From: Lepidodermella squamata
Taxonomy: Eukaryota > Animalia > Gastrotricha
Length of the DNA stretch: 64,000 nucleotides
Direction of reading: 5' to 3'
Assembly: GCA_047495785.1 (NCBI GenBank)
Contig: JBLDXI010000031.1
Span: 620,001-684,000 of the forward strand
In this document: positions 1 through 13,292 of the stretch, one piece after another
Layout of the letters: every line of letters begins with the position of its first letter
Position numbering within the stretch: position 1 is the first letter of the stretch
Translations under genes and position numbers: made by a program
The notes under the pieces: model-generated
What the model saw: the letters and a program-made list of their open reading frames with translations, nothing else
What the model was told of the DNA's origin: nothing
Databases searched by the model: none

Positions 1-473
1 CACTGGTCCAAATCATTCAAGGTCTCACCGATTTTACTTGGAGGTTCACCTACACATCTCATGCCTTGCTCCATAGTGAAGTCTACGTCATTTCTAGCCG
101 GGGTCGATGGCCTAACTAGCGATCGCAATTTTTCATAGAAAACAGACCCTGGATCATCGACTGAGGAACAACCGGTAGATCGAGAAATACATGACTTATC
201 TTCGATTCGGAAATTGAAGCCGAAACAACTAGGCTCGGAGTTGCAGAACTTAGCGCATAAGTTCGGGTCTCCCTTTTGGATATCTCCTAAGGCTGTACTA
301 GGGCCCCCGGTGCACCTTTTGCCTTGAGTCGCGCGGTAACCGGCTACGTTGTTTACATCCTGCGCGGTAACTAAAAAACAAAAAATACCGGGAAGCAATT
401 ATAGTGTTTTTTTGTTGTATAACTCACCTTCCTTTAGTGCGAGAATAATAAACAAGGAAATATGCCGCATCAT
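1..473 (-). CDS. Secreted PAN/Apple-like repeat protein A (5' part; runs off window)
   Basis: Exon 473-428 encodes a signal peptide (MMRHISLFIILALKE) followed by a GTGAGT...TTAG intron. Exon 370-1 reads VTAQDVNNVAGYRATQGKRCTGGPSTALG...CAKFCNSEPSCFGFNFRIEDKSCISRSTGC, the same 6-Cys repeat as the neighbouring genes. Not in the ORF track. Confidence 0.85.
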
Positions 474-675
474 TTTGTTGTGTTGTTTTGTTGTCGTGTT
501 ATTTCACGTCAAACGACGTTCATGCACCAAACAAAAGCACTTGTAAATGACTTTACGCAAAAATATGCACCGAGAGCAGATTCACTTCACTTTATTGTTG
601 TAAAAAGAACAAAATACATTATTATAAGCTCAAAATTTGAGATAGAAGCGCGTGGGTTGTGGGTGGTTTCTGTTT

Positions 676-3600
676 TCAAGAGGGCCGGACGATTTTGTAG
701 AAAATTAAACCGGTCGCTGTTGCTTCGACGCAGCCGAAGGTTCGAATGGCGCAAACCTGCGTCAGGGTGATGTAATTGAAGCCGTAGCACGTCTCATCGT
801 CCGAGCACATCTTCTTGCACGTATCCAGGCCTGAAGCGATGCCGAGAGATTGACTCGTCCCGCCTGCACATCGAATTTCGGCGAGAGGGGTGAAGTTCAC
901 GCCCGCTGTCGCTGTAGTAGTAGTAGTGGCTGGTGTTTGATTATTTACGAGCAAAGCTGGATTTGATGTTCGTGGAGTAGTCGTGGTCGTGGTTGTTGTT
1001 GAGGTCCAAGTGGTGACAGCACTCGCTGCTTTTAAGAAGAATACGAAAAGATCGTCAGCGTATTCGTCGCATCCAGTTGACCTCAAGGTACAGCTACCAT
1101 CAGAAAGCTGGAGAAAAAGAGAAATTCAGATACATTATACATTCAAGGCAGAATTGATGAGGGCTTTATTCGAGATATCTTCTTTCCTACAAATAGCGAA
1201 ACCCCGATTTCCCTTTGTCAGGAATCGTGATATGTAAATATTTAGGAGTGGGTTGGACTCACAGAGAGCAATAACTCGAAAAACTCCCTGCCTTTCCTCT
1301 AAATTTCGATTTTCAATCAGGATTTTTGTGGAACCGCAGAAGACGCGAAATCGGGGTTTCGCGGTTCTTACTTGTTATCTTTATCTTTATTCAGGGGGAA
1401 TCTACGAAATAGATATTTAATTTTTAAAATAAAGAATGAGTGACACCATAAATTGTCAGAGACAAAAAACGTATCGTTGAAAATTCGACACGAGCCAGTT
1501 CCAAGGCCCAAAAGTCTTTCACACGTATCCTTATTGCTAGAGGGTTTTATTGCTATTATTCCTATTGGGTATGCTTTATTTTTATGAAGGCATTCTTAAA
1601 TTGCATGTATTAACCTAACAATGTAGACGCCATGTCTGTTTAGCCTGTGAAACTCATAAATTGGGGAGGAAAAACGATAGAAATCCTACATTTAATCCAC
1701 CTTGAAAAAGATTATCAATGGAACGGCCCACTTTGATTACTAATTACGTTTATTATTGAGCCATTATTTCTTACCAGGGACAGAAATAACCGAATATTAG
1801 TTATTATTAAGGAGCACTACTCTTTAATGGTTTTCGAGCTTTTTATCAATTAATTGCTTAATTCACGACTCTGATGACTTCAATTCAACTAAAATTTTCA
1901 GTTGGTAAAACCAAATCAGGTAAAATAAAAGAAGGAATAAAATGGTATCCCAATTTCAGAAATACCAAATCTCGGAAGTACGGAAGGTATTCAAGGCAAA
2001 AACTACATAGGTAACCATTTTTCAATCGACCGATTGCGAATCATCTCTCCAGAATGAAACTGATGGAAAAAAGAAGACGGTAGCGGTAGCTTTTTTACCT
2101 GTAAATTGTAGCCGTAGCACTTAGGATCACTGGAGCATTTCGAGGCGCAGACTAGCGGATCCTTCTCCAGTCCACCCAGCCGCTCCGAAGAACCACCAAT
2201 ACATCGTATCGAAGACTTCACCGTGAATCCAGACTGAGTTAACTGCACTTTCGATGTCGTAACGGCTGTTGTCGTTGTTCGTTGAGTACGAACTGTTGGC
2301 GCCGCTGTCGTCGCTCTAGTGCTAACTTGAACCGCTGGAGCCATTGTGGAACCCGTCATTTGCATTGCCCCTCTTCTACGATACAAAATCGCTCCAGTTG
2401 TATCAATCTCGATTTTACAATCAGTGGTACGAGCAACGCACGTCCGAGTTCTTGGATATAACGTAAAGCCAAAACAGTCTCGCCTAGAATCGCAAAGTGT
2501 TGCGCATTTCCGGGTATCGGGCAAAGGCTCGCCCAGCTGAGTCGATGGATCAACCTTACAAGCCCTAGCTGCAGCGACCATGTAATTCGGAAACAAAATA
2601 CTCGACTGCCAGTCGATATCAGCAACGTTTCCAATGAAAGCTGGTGCAGCAGCTTGAATTGACGGCGGAGGTGCTACAGGGTCGGATGGAATGTAAGCCG
2701 GCCGAGTTGGAGCTGGCGGTTGAGTTGGATCGGTGTAGTAAAATGTGGTGGTTCGACTAGTAGTTGGCCCTGTTGTTGTCGTTGTTGGAATCGGTGTAGT
2801 AGTCGTTGACGTAACAGTACTTGTTGGCCTCCTCGAAGTGGTAGTAGTCGTTGTTGCAGCTCTAGTAGCAACTGTTGTAGTAGTCTGAAGCTTTTGATAG
2901 AAAAGATTCGACGGATCCACAACCTCATCACAGCCGAAACTCCGCGCGACGCAAACGCCCTCATTCTTCTGAAAGTTGAAGCCATAGCAATTCGGAGCGG
3001 CTGAGCATATAACTTCACATGTCTCAACACTCGTAGCTGTATCTCCAATTTTAACGCTAGATCCCGCAGTACATCTTCGGCCGATGATGATGGCGTAGTT
3101 AGGGAAGCTAACAGGCTCAGCCACTGTGTTGCTCGATACGGCGTCCGAAAGGTCTAGATCCATTTTTGGCCTGGACTTGATAGTGGAATTCTTTCGGTAG
3201 AACGCAGAGGTAAGATCCGGCTCCATTTTACAACCTTGTTTTCGAAGAACGCATAGTTTCGAGTAATCACGCCAGTTGAGGCCGATGCATTCCGGGGTGT
3301 AGTTGCATTGCTGGGTGCATTCGAATATATTATCCATCGGAACACCTAAAACGGTCTCCATTCCACCGGTGCATCGCTTCCCGTCTTCGATTACGTAACC
3401 AGAAACGGCGGAAGTGATTTTCTTCTTCCTCTCCTTGGCGTAGTAGGTAGAGCCGGAGTCTTCTTCAATATTGCAACCAGAGGTACGCATAACACATTTC
3501 CCGTCGAGATTAACGTTGAAAGTTGTACATTCGCTCCTGGCGTAGCAAATTTGCGCACATTTCGCCGGTTCCATCTGCATGTCATCGATAGGCTTACTCG

Positions 3601-3767
3601 TTCCACTGTTGCATCTCTTGCCAATATGAGCGACAAACCCCGCGTATTGTTGCTGGCCAGCTTTGATGTGAAAAATTCATTCATCGAGGTGTTAGAATAA
3701 CTCAGAACCAAATCAAACCTGTTAACTGAGCTAGTACGGTGAGAAAAATTAGCTGGTCCAGTGCCAT
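676..3767 (-). CDS. Secreted PAN/Apple-like repeat protein B (6 repeats, Thr/Pro-rich mucin-like linkers)
   Basis: Exons 3767-3719 (MALDQLIFLTVLAQLT), 3660-2099 and 1107-676 join in phase. Repeats follow RCxGG...CxxxC-x5-CxGFN...C-x5-C...FY. TATA-like element near 3810 and AATAAA near 590. Confidence 0.85.
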
Positions 3768-4994
3768 GTCGTATTTCGCTCGCTTTTCCTATAATAGTAG
3801 TTGTGCGCGTATATATAGCTTTCACAATTCATGCAAGAAATGCTTTAGGTCGCTTGGCCTCGAGTTGATGATGGTGGTTTGATAGCCGTATGGCGTAGCG
3901 GCCGGGCCGAGAGTTCACACCTTAAAGCAGAAACGAGCAGAGAAATTAAGCTGTTAAGCAATTTGTTAACACACAGCACGCTCGCCCGTGCCGTTCAATG
4001 GTAAGAACGTGATGTAAGCTGTGTATTAGTAGTAAAAAATTTAGTGTCAAATTTACGCGCTCGCCTTTTCTTATCTAGCTGACTTATCGCAATCTTCAAT
4101 TAACTTCGTATGCATGCTGTTTTTTTTCGAGAGATAATCTGTTCATGGGCAAATGACTATCCTTTTGACAACCATTTAATACAATCCTCGTGGTATTAAA
4201 ACTTCGCATTGGATTGACATGGATAAGACAGATCTGGGCTTACGTTTAATCTCTCACGTGTTCGGCTTACATAAAACCTCTGAAACCTTAAAATCTAGGA
4301 GAAAATGGAGAAGCTATCTTAGGGTGAACAGTCTGAGACTGAAAGATGTAATATGTGTCTGAATGAATCAATTTTAGCTTATTGCAAATGGATAGTTTGT
4401 GTCATTTCAATCGTTTATTGACGTCTTCGATAACCCATGCGAAGTAACATTATATTCGTAAGGAAAAGTGATCAACTTGACTAATAGCTGTAACTTCGTA
4501 TCCCATAGGCGGCGACCATCGAAGGCGTCTGAAGCTACTAATCAAAGCTGCCAAGCTTTGCTTCATATACTACCCTCAGGCAAAGTAACAATCTTATTCA
4601 TGACCATTGGCTCGAGTAGGGTGCCGCTATTTCTTCTCTGATGATAAAAAAACTGGACGTAGGAGGAATATGAGTTATCAACTATCCAGGTTGAATTCAA
4701 CGTGATAAAGAATAATATGAGGTGAGAACGAAATTGAATGAAACATTTAACATTTCAAAAAGCATGTCTAAGTAATTGTCATTAAAATCCGTGGAGTCGT
4801 ATACATTTTGAACCAGAAGCTGCGAAACGACAAAATAACAATCTTGGGAATATTTTTTGTATGGAGTGTCCAAATAATCGAGTTGCTTTCCAGTAAGAAA
4901 AAAATATTAATAATTATTCTTTAATTTTTTCTTATTAAACTTCCACCTCTTATGTAGTTCCGTGTTATAGATGATGAGCATTTAAATACGCAGT

Positions 4995-5170
4995 TAAGGC
5001 TTTCAGACAAACCTTCATTCCATTCTCAGATACACTGGCGTCGCCTGAATTGATCAATTGCTTCATATAAAACGCTGCAATACGTCTTCCTGTTTCGCAT
5101 CCCTTTTACCCAAGAGGGCCAGTCTAACGTGCCACAGCCCAAACGCAGTTAATACTAAGCCACTCGCACC
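4995..5170 (-). pseudogene. Degenerate copy of the 3' end of the 5339-6244 gene
   Basis: Reads SGLVLTAFGLWHVRLALLGKRDA, then a frameshift, then FYMKQLINSGDASVSENG. This aligns with SGLALTVAGFLRVRSALSRKTDA...YFIKQLIDSGDFSVSDKG. Confidence 0.7.
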
Positions 5171-5338
5171 GGGCAGCCCAGGGAATATAGTAACTATTTG
5201 TTAAGGGCTGTTAAAATCCCACCAGCTATCAAGAGCCAAAACAGGATGTTTTGGACTGTATATAAATTCATTTATTCTGATAAAGCGTTTTTCGGTTTAT
5301 GCTTGTCATAATTAAAATCAAACGTTCAAGTCACCAAA

Positions 5339-6244
5339 CTAAGCGTTCAGATGAACCGTTACCTGCCCCTTGTCAGAAACACTGAAGTCGCCTGAATCAA
5401 TTAACTGCTTTATAAAATAGGCATGCAATAAGTCCTTCTCGGCGTCCGTTTTCCTCGAGAGTGCTGATCGAACGCGAAGAAACCCAGCCACCGTCAGCGC
5501 CAAGCCACTTATGCATATTAATTTATTGATTAGTTCGGAGGAAGACATAATCTCCTGCAGACCGATGCCTGTTAGCATTGCACCTGCAGCCATGAGCCCA
5601 TAGGAGGTGCCAATGCTATTGCTTACTTTGCAGTGTAAATCAGCCAGAAAGAAATCAGCGGCGATTTTCTGCTCACCGTGACCGCATGGGTTACGCCCAG
5701 TGTAATCACTCTTCTCACGGCCGCAGGACTCACAGAAAAGCCTACCTGCAAACCACACAACGTGAGTCTCCTCGCCTAGAAGCCCATTCGTTGTAGCGAT
5801 GATGTTGCAATTATGTTCCCCCGGGACCTTCGACCGCGTTATAGCCTCCAATGTTGCTGTCATGGCGAACGTAGACTTGGAGCGCTTCAAAATTTCTGAA
5901 ATTGCCTCAATTGACTGCTTGAAAGACTCGTGACTGTACGCGACCCCCCTTGTGGATAACTGCTTCATATTGCTGTAGCCGGTGACATGATGAGCTCCTG
6001 AGCTGTGAACCAGCGCCGAAACAGATGGCTTAAGTTTGCCACCTCGCAAAGCTATAGGAGAAGTCATTTGTTCTCGCTGATCTGCAAAATGATGCCATTT
6101 ATTCCATTCGGCTGTATTTATCTGAAGTCGCCCACGCTGTGATAAAGCTGAAGATATGCTCCTATCTCTTTGTTTCAGAAGTGAGACCCGTATAACTTCA
6201 CCCACAAAACAGAAAAACAGCCCGAGATAAGCATTATTCATCAC
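5339..6244 (-). CDS. Uncharacterised intronless protein with a Cys/His cluster and two C-terminal hydrophobic helices
   Basis: 301-aa ORF containing CESC...PCGHGE and two TM-like segments. The adjacent paralogous remnant supports coding status. Confidence 0.6.
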   Translation of the reverse strand: MMNNAYLGLFFCFVGEVIRVSLLKQRDRSISSALSQRGRLQINTAEWNKWHHFADQREQMTSPIALRGGKLKPSVSALVHSSGAHHVTGYSNMKQLSTRGVAYSHESFKQSIEAISEILKRSKSTFAMTATLEAITRSKVPGEHNCNIIATTNGLLGEETHVVWFAGRLFCESCGREKSDYTGRNPCGHGEQKIAADFFLADLHCKVSNSIGTSYGLMAAGAMLTGIGLQEIMSSSELINKLICISGLALTVAGFLRVRSALSRKTDAEKDLLHAYFIKQLIDSGDFSVSDKGQVTVHLNA

Positions 6245-6425
6245 TCAAGACTTTGCAGTGGGCAGACCGGTCCGAAAAGTATTCACCGAATCAATTAAAC
6301 AGGAAAATGCCGGGTTTTTCATGAACAATGATTTATTAACAATACCATTTTATTAGCTCTAAGCAGTGTCAATTTAGTTCTGAAAAAATTAAGAAAATAT
6401 AAATTCAGAATGCTATCATTTCACT

Positions 6426-9400
6426 TTAGGTGTTTTTCTGGTAGTAAGTCATGCCACCAGCTCGCATCTCATTGCAAGTCGGCGATCTCAGAGCGCAGTC
6501 ACCAGAAGATTGAACAAAGTTAAAGCCGTAACACTGAGGATTCCGGTTACACAAAGCTAGGCAAGAGTTCAGACCATTTCCGCCACCGATGGCGATACTC
6601 GAGCCACCAGCGCATCGAGTCTCGTCTTTCACAATGAAATTATTGATCAAATTCGACTGAGTAGTGATCGGAGGCCGGGTGGGTGTTGTAGTCGGTCGAT
6701 TTGGCGATTTTCGGTACAAAAGAGCCTGTAGGTTATCTCGATCGGTTGTGTAGACACAAGCTCGAGTTCGGACGATGCAGGTTCCAGATTTCGGGTACCA
6801 CGTAAAGCCGTAGCAATCAGAGCGACGGTCACAAATAGTGGCGCAGGCTTTAGCACTTGTTCCAGGCTCTGCGATCTGAGAATCTGAATCGCCGGTGCAG
6901 ACTTTACCCATTCTAACTCGGTATTGAGGCAGTAGGACTGATGTCTCCCAGCCTTCATCTGAGTCCATTTCTGGGTTGTAAGACCAGTTTGAAGCCGTGG
7001 TGATACGAGATGCTGGTGTTGTGGTGCGTTGAGCGGTTGTAGTAATTTGCCGTCTAGTCGTTTGAGCTGAAATTCTTTCGTAGAAAACGAAATTGCTATC
7101 GGTTTCCTTGACGCATCCAGAAGTTCGCACGATACACGTTTGAACATCGACTTGCCCTGGAAAATAAGAAAAAGTGTTGAGCAATTTACTTGAGAAGCCA
7201 AAAAAATTGGAAAGATGAAAGCGATAGTTTAAACAAAATATAAATTTCAATTTAAAAAATTAAAAAATAATCTCTAAATTTAGAAAAAAAATTGGATATT
7301 TTTTTAAATATTTGTTATGTTTCTCATTTTTGTTACTAAATAAATCTTACAGTTGTAACCGGCACAGTCCTCGTTTTGGTCACACAAATCGCGACACAGC
7401 TGCTCGTCGTCATTGAAAGTGCCCAATCTCTGGCTCGAACCTCCAGAACAACGCGTCGAAGCTAGAGTTCGGTAGCCATATCTATTATCCCTCGTATCAG
7501 GCACTCTCGCGGTTGTTGTAATTCGCTTCTTCGGGGTGATTTCTGTCCAAGAATCCTCAATAATCTCAGTCACCAGCGTTGTCTGTTCAGTCGTAGGACG
7601 TCTCCTGGTGACTGTGAAAGGTATATCACTTGTCATTGGCAGACGGCGGTAGAAGGCGTAAGCTCTGTTCTGAGAAATGATGCAGCCTGAAGTTTTGACA
7701 ACGCATTTCATATCCCAAAGTTGGATATTGAATCCAATGCAATTTGGTTCGGCATTACATAGACCAGCGCAGACCTCAGCAACAGTTCCTGAGATGATAG
7801 TCGAACTGTAACCACCCTCGCATTGCATGCCAAGTATAAGATTGTATCCGTCATATTCCCTTGGATTTCCTAGTGTTGTTGAGGTCGTGCGGCGGGGTGT
7901 TGTAGTCGGCTCTTCCGTCGTAGTAGTCGTTGTTGTTTGGCTGTCCCGTTGAGACTTTCGAAGGAAAGCGAACTTCTCGTCCTGAACCAAATCACAGCCG
8001 AAGGTTCGAGCAATACATCTACCATCATTAGTATTGACGTTAACGCCGATACAATCACTTCTAGCCAGGCATAATCGACTGCATTGATCGACCTCATCCC
8101 CAGTCGCGATTGTGTTGCTTGTACCAGCAGCACATCTAACCCCATTTTCTCGGCTGAATGATGACCCAGATCTAGTCGTAACCTCGTAGTAAGGCTGAGT
8201 TGTAGTTTCGATGTACTTGATTCGGCGGTAGAAAAGGCCGGTCTGGTCAATCTCGAAGCTGCAGGTAACTTTGCGGATAACGCATAGCTCCGCTGATTCG
8301 AACCAGTTGAAACCGAAGCAATCTCGGTCTGAGTCGCATTTCGCAGCACATTGGGCCTTATTGGTGTAAAAATCTCCGATCTGAGTCGAAGCACCGCCTG
8401 AACACTTTTTACCAACTTCCAGGATGTAGTTAGGTAATTGCCACGCTTGTAGAGTTTCTATTATTGGAAATTCCATAAAAACGTTATTGCAATAAATGAA
8501 GAGTTTGGCTTACGGTCATCGATACTCGGAGCCATAGTAGATGTAGTACCAGAATCAGTGGAATCAGATGGCTTGTCAGTGGGACGGTCGGATTTACGAT
8601 AGAAAACAGTGTTGCTATCGTCCAATGTTTCGCAGCCCGTTGACTTGGCAACACACATAGTTCCCTGAGCTAACCAGTTAAAACCAACGCAATTGCTGCT
8701 CTTCAAACACCACTGGGCACAACTGTCCGGATCCCCAGCGTCATACAGCGAAACGCTAGTCCCAGCAGCGCATCGTTTGCCTTGTTCAGTGGCAAAATAA
8801 GCCAAGGCCTTTGAAGGCTTAGATGGGCCAGCTGTACTTGAGGCGGGCATGGTCCGTCTCTTGTAAAACGCGAATTCGTCCGAATCGATTTCTTGGCAAA
8901 CTTCATCGCGGAGGAAGCAAGCTCTGTTGTTGTAGCCAATATCGAAGCCTATGCATTCAACATTCTCATTGCAACGAGACGCGCAGTACTCGACTCCACC
9001 CATCTCCCTCTGGTTATCGACACGCTCAAGGATATGAGTCGCAACACATCTAACTTGATTCTTCAACTCGTAACCGTTAACTCGAGGGAGAGGAGCTTGG
9101 GTCGTTGTAGTAGTGCGGGAAGGTTTTGTCTCTGCAGCTTGTTTTAGGTAGTAGACGGTAAATGAGTCGGAGGATTCGTCGCAGCCGTAGGATCGGGCAA
9201 CACATTGGCGGTCATTCATTTGCCAATTGAAGCCAGCGCAATTCGGTAGACTATCGCAAATCGCAGCACACTCCTGAACACTGCGGCCAAAATCTCCAAC
9301 TCTGGTGCTTGAACCCCCTGTGCAGCGGGTGCCAGATTTCGAAATATACCCGGTGAAGCTTGACGACGTCTCCCCATTAGTCGCTTGGGTAGTCCGAGCT

Positions 9401-11906
9401 GCAGCTGTAGTTGGGGCGGCGACGACTTTCCGGTAGAAAACTGAATTTCCATCATTGGAGAAGTCGCAATCCTTTGTCCTAGCGACGCAAATGGTCGAAG
9501 CTTGGATCCAATTGAAGCCCAAACAATCATCGCGGGATAGACATAGTGCAGCACATTCTTTCGGGTCGTTGGAAGATTCCCCGATTTTGGTCTCAGCATC
9601 TCCGGAACAACGTTTCCCGTCTTGACGGAGATAATTACGAAATTCGCTAGAACTGCCTTGGACAATCGCTGTAGCTGGAGCTGACGTAGTCGCAGCAACT
9701 CTTGTAGCTGCTTGCTGAGTGCTGATTGCAGCTGGTTGACCAGAGATGACTTTCTGGTAGTAAATCGTGTTTTGACTCGCCTCGACATTACAACCACTGC
9801 TCCTGGCCACACAGGACAAATCTCTCGATTGCCAATTGAAACCAACACAATCCGGGTCAGAATCGCAGATTGATCGACAATCATCGAGGTTTTTGACAAT
9901 GTCACCGATTCTACGACTTGAGCCACCAGTGCAGCGAACATTGTTCGAAGTAGTATACTCAACTCTGGAGGACGCTTCAGTTCGCGCAGTGGTAGATGGG
10001 GCTGACGTAGTCGCAGCAGCTCTTGTAGTGCGTTGTTGAACGGTGGTTGGTTGCTGGGTAGATGTGATTTTCCGGTAAAAAACCATATTTTCACTCGCCT
10101 CGATAATGCAACCCGCGCTTCTAGCTGCACAGCTCATATCTATAAATTGCCAGTTGAAGCCCACGCAATCGGGTTCAGCGTCGCAGACTGATTGGCATGA
10201 CTCGATGCTTCCGCCAATATCGCCGATTCTTCGACTCGATCCGCCCGAGCAACGAGTATAATTTGTGGTAGAATACTCAAATCCTGAAGATACTGCATCA
10301 GTTTGCGCCATCGTAGTTGGGGCCAACGTAGTTGCTGCGGACCGCGTGGATGGTTGCTGAGAGCTGACGGAACCAGCTTGCTGGGCGGGAACGCCTTTCT
10401 TATAGTAAATTGTGTTTTCACTGGGCTCAACGACACAACCCGTGCTTCTCGCTACGCAGGTTAGGTCTCGAGATTGCCAATTGAAGCCCACGCAATCAGG
10501 ATCGGCGTCGCAGATTGACCGGCAGGAATCGAGGTTATTAACGATATCGCCGATTCTTCGGCTCGATCCGCCCGAGCAGCGGACATTGTTCGAAGGGGTA
10601 TACTCAGCCTTAGAAGTTACTTCAGTTCGGACGACGATAGATGGGGCAGCAGATGATGGTGGCGCTTCAGTTTGCCTAGCCACGCCTATGACCCGAACCG
10701 ATTCTGCCGCATTGATAGTTTGGTTTCCCGTTGAAGCATCGGAAGTATTGGTAGCCGCTTTCTCAGTGGCGTTACCACTATTCCTTCTGAAGAATATAGC
10801 ATTCTCGCTTGATTCGAGATTACAGCCCCTCGTTCTAGCGACACAAGCCCGATCTCTAGTTTGCCAGTTGAAGCCGTAACATTCCGCATTATCCCGGCAA
10901 ATCGCTTCACAAGCTTCAATTGAGTTCCCTGACCCTAACGATGCGCTTGTTCCAGCTGTACACCTCTTCCCAATTTGTTGCTCGAAAGTTATTCCATCAG
11001 CTGTTTCGGCTTGAATAACAGTTACTTTCCCAGTTTGATTCATAGTTTGATTTCCTGAAGTTTCATTCCAAGTCTGTGTTTGATTCCAGGTTTGGCTCCA
11101 GGTTGCATTTAGCCATTGGCCGATTTTAGAAATCACTTTCTCGACAATTGTAGCATTACTCGTCGCATTTGATGAAGAGACTGCGACTAGAGTCACATTT
11201 TTCGCCTCGGTTGTAGAATTCGCGATAAGGCTCGAATTAGACGTGCCGTTAGTGCGAAGGTAGAACACCCAGTTAGTGCTGTTCTCCATTTCGCATTCGA
11301 TTGTGCGAGCAGTACAAGAGCCGAGGTTTATGTCGTAATTGAAACCAGAGCAATTAGCGTTCGCTTCGCATAATAATTGGCATGCTGTAGCATTCGCCTC
11401 AGCACTGCCAATCCGAGATGTTGAGTTCCCGACACATCGCATGCCGATTCTTGCTTCATAATTCGCTATTGAAGGTAAGGCTGAAATAAAAAATGAAAAA
11501 TTAGCAAATAACTTAAAAAATAATTGATATTTATTAAAATTATTTTGAAAAATCTTAAAATTCTCAAAAATTCAGAAAAAAGGTAAATAAAAGACCCAAG
11601 AACAGAAATCAGTCAGATAGACGATTTTGAACATTCTGGGTTATGACGATATTAACTGATCTAACTCCGGAACCTTTACTCCCACTATACTTCTACTTTC
11701 AAGAATCCAGCTTGAAGACTTCAAGACTTTAGGTAATTCAGAATTGAATGATTATCGATTTCCGAGAAATAAAGTTTACAAACTATTCTAATAGTGAGCT
11801 AACTATTAGGAAATTCGTCCTAGTTATTTTTTCGAACTTCCATACCTTTTTGCGTGCTTCCAAAACTGAAGATTGCGAGAGCCAGCACGGCGCCGGCTTG
11901 CCACAT
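6426..11906 (-). CDS. Large secreted PAN/Apple-like repeat protein C (15 repeats with Thr/Ser-rich linkers)
   Basis: Exons 11906-11846 (MWQAGAVLALAIFSFGSTQK), 11480-8514, 8457-7351 and 7156-6426, all with phase-1 GT-AG junctions. I counted 15 six-Cys repeats and saw no TM segment. Confidence 0.88.
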
Positions 11907-12421
11907 GGTAATCATGTTGACCGTATTCCGATGGTACTTGAACTAACACCAGATTATCAGAGATACGTATTAACATAAGTGGCGTAAACAAGAACTATAG
12001 CCACCTACCTGAAGTGCAGGCCAGCTGATGCGCCTAGCTGATAACGCAGGGAAGAAATATCTCGAGCACCCACGTTGAACGAATAACAGCCGGTAGCCAG
12101 TATCATATTACTGTGGCTATATGCATTTATAACGATTAAAAATTCGTGTTTTATCATCACACTACATCGGACGCGTTTAATTAGCGCCAACACTGCCCAA
12201 GCACAGTTTTTTCCTGCTTCTTACTACATACGCATTACTAGTCAGCGCGAAATTTAATTGAAGGATTTACTAATAAAACCAGGTGCTACGAGTGCGCCAG
12301 GTCATCACGTCTTGTTATAGCGAGAAGGCAAGACGATTGTTGACGAGCGTGTGAAGCGAAAATACAGTTGTGTATATGCCAAGTGTACTTAATGAATGCG
12401 TTTAATTTACCTTTAATCGGT

Positions 12422-12425
<4 letters not shown>

Positions 12426-12454
<29 letters not shown>
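12426..12454. repeat. (TC)n microsatellite
   Basis: About 14 perfect TC units. Confidence 0.95.
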
Positions 12455-12457
<3 letters not shown>

Positions 12458-12924
12458 ATGGCGTTTCTTCCGGCACTCGAGTTAATCCTTAACACACTTG
12501 ACGTTAACAAATGATTTGATTAGTGGTGGATAAACAATCGTAATGCACTGGGCAGCATGAATTACTCATCGTTACATAGGAAATTTGAACTCATAAGATG
12601 GGGTGACCAAAATGCTTCCAGGATGAACTTGAGGATATGAGAAAATAAAATAGGCTGTGATATAAATCCGGAAATTCAGAGAGCGAAGTAGGACCACAGA
12701 ACTGGTAAGCGTAAGGAACATCGACTTTATGGTCCCTGGTCCCTCCTTTGGTCATTGATTAAGTTGCGGAGTGATTGAAATGGTAGGGATCCCTAGCGGT
12801 ACTTTGCTCTCTGCGGCGGTTGTTGTATATGACATCCATAAACTGATCATAGAATCATCGCTAAGGCAATAGAGGAGTTGATTCACCAACAATTAGTTAC
12901 GCCACCATCGAATTTCAACTGCGT

Positions 12925-13292
12925 GGGGAGCAAGTGGTCGAGCGGTCCAAGCACCTCACTGGCGGCGAAGAGGCACGGGTTCAATCCCCAGAACCGCAAC
13001 ACCAATCATTGAATGCGGCGTTTCTGGGGCTGTTAATTTAGCTGATAGGAAGACGTGTCGCCGACTACGGAGCCAAGGGCACAATCCTCGAGTGCGTACC
13101 TGCTGGTAACACCGCCAAGCAAATCCACCCGATATGGCTACTCAGCACGCAAAGCCTGGGGGACCATGGTTCGACCTTCAACCATGGAAATAGTTGACTC
13201 ATAAGCCTTGTGATGATGTCTGATACCAAAATGCTAACTGTCGAAAGGCAACTTGCATAAATAAAGAGTATGAGTATGAGTATGAGTGTATG
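12925..13292 (+). mobile_element. tRNA-derived SINE
   Basis: Pol III A box TGGTCGAGCGG (12935) and B box GGGTTCAATCCC (12977) at tRNA spacing, with no paired acceptor stem. About 270 bp of body ends in a (GAGTAT)n tail at 13266-13287. Confidence 0.7.

Noticed and set aside
1196-1367. 16-bp inverted repeat GCGAAACCCCGATTTC in an intron
   Set aside because: No TSD found; it may be a MITE relic but cannot be supported.
3885-3925. A-box and B-box-like motifs
   Set aside because: The spacing is far too short for a Pol III type 2 promoter.
8703-10919. Overlapping ORFs within PAN gene C
   Set aside because: Shadow frames of repetitive coding sequence.
12925-13000. Functional tRNA gene
   Set aside because: No acceptor-stem pairing or convincing anticodon arm; it continues into a SINE-like body.
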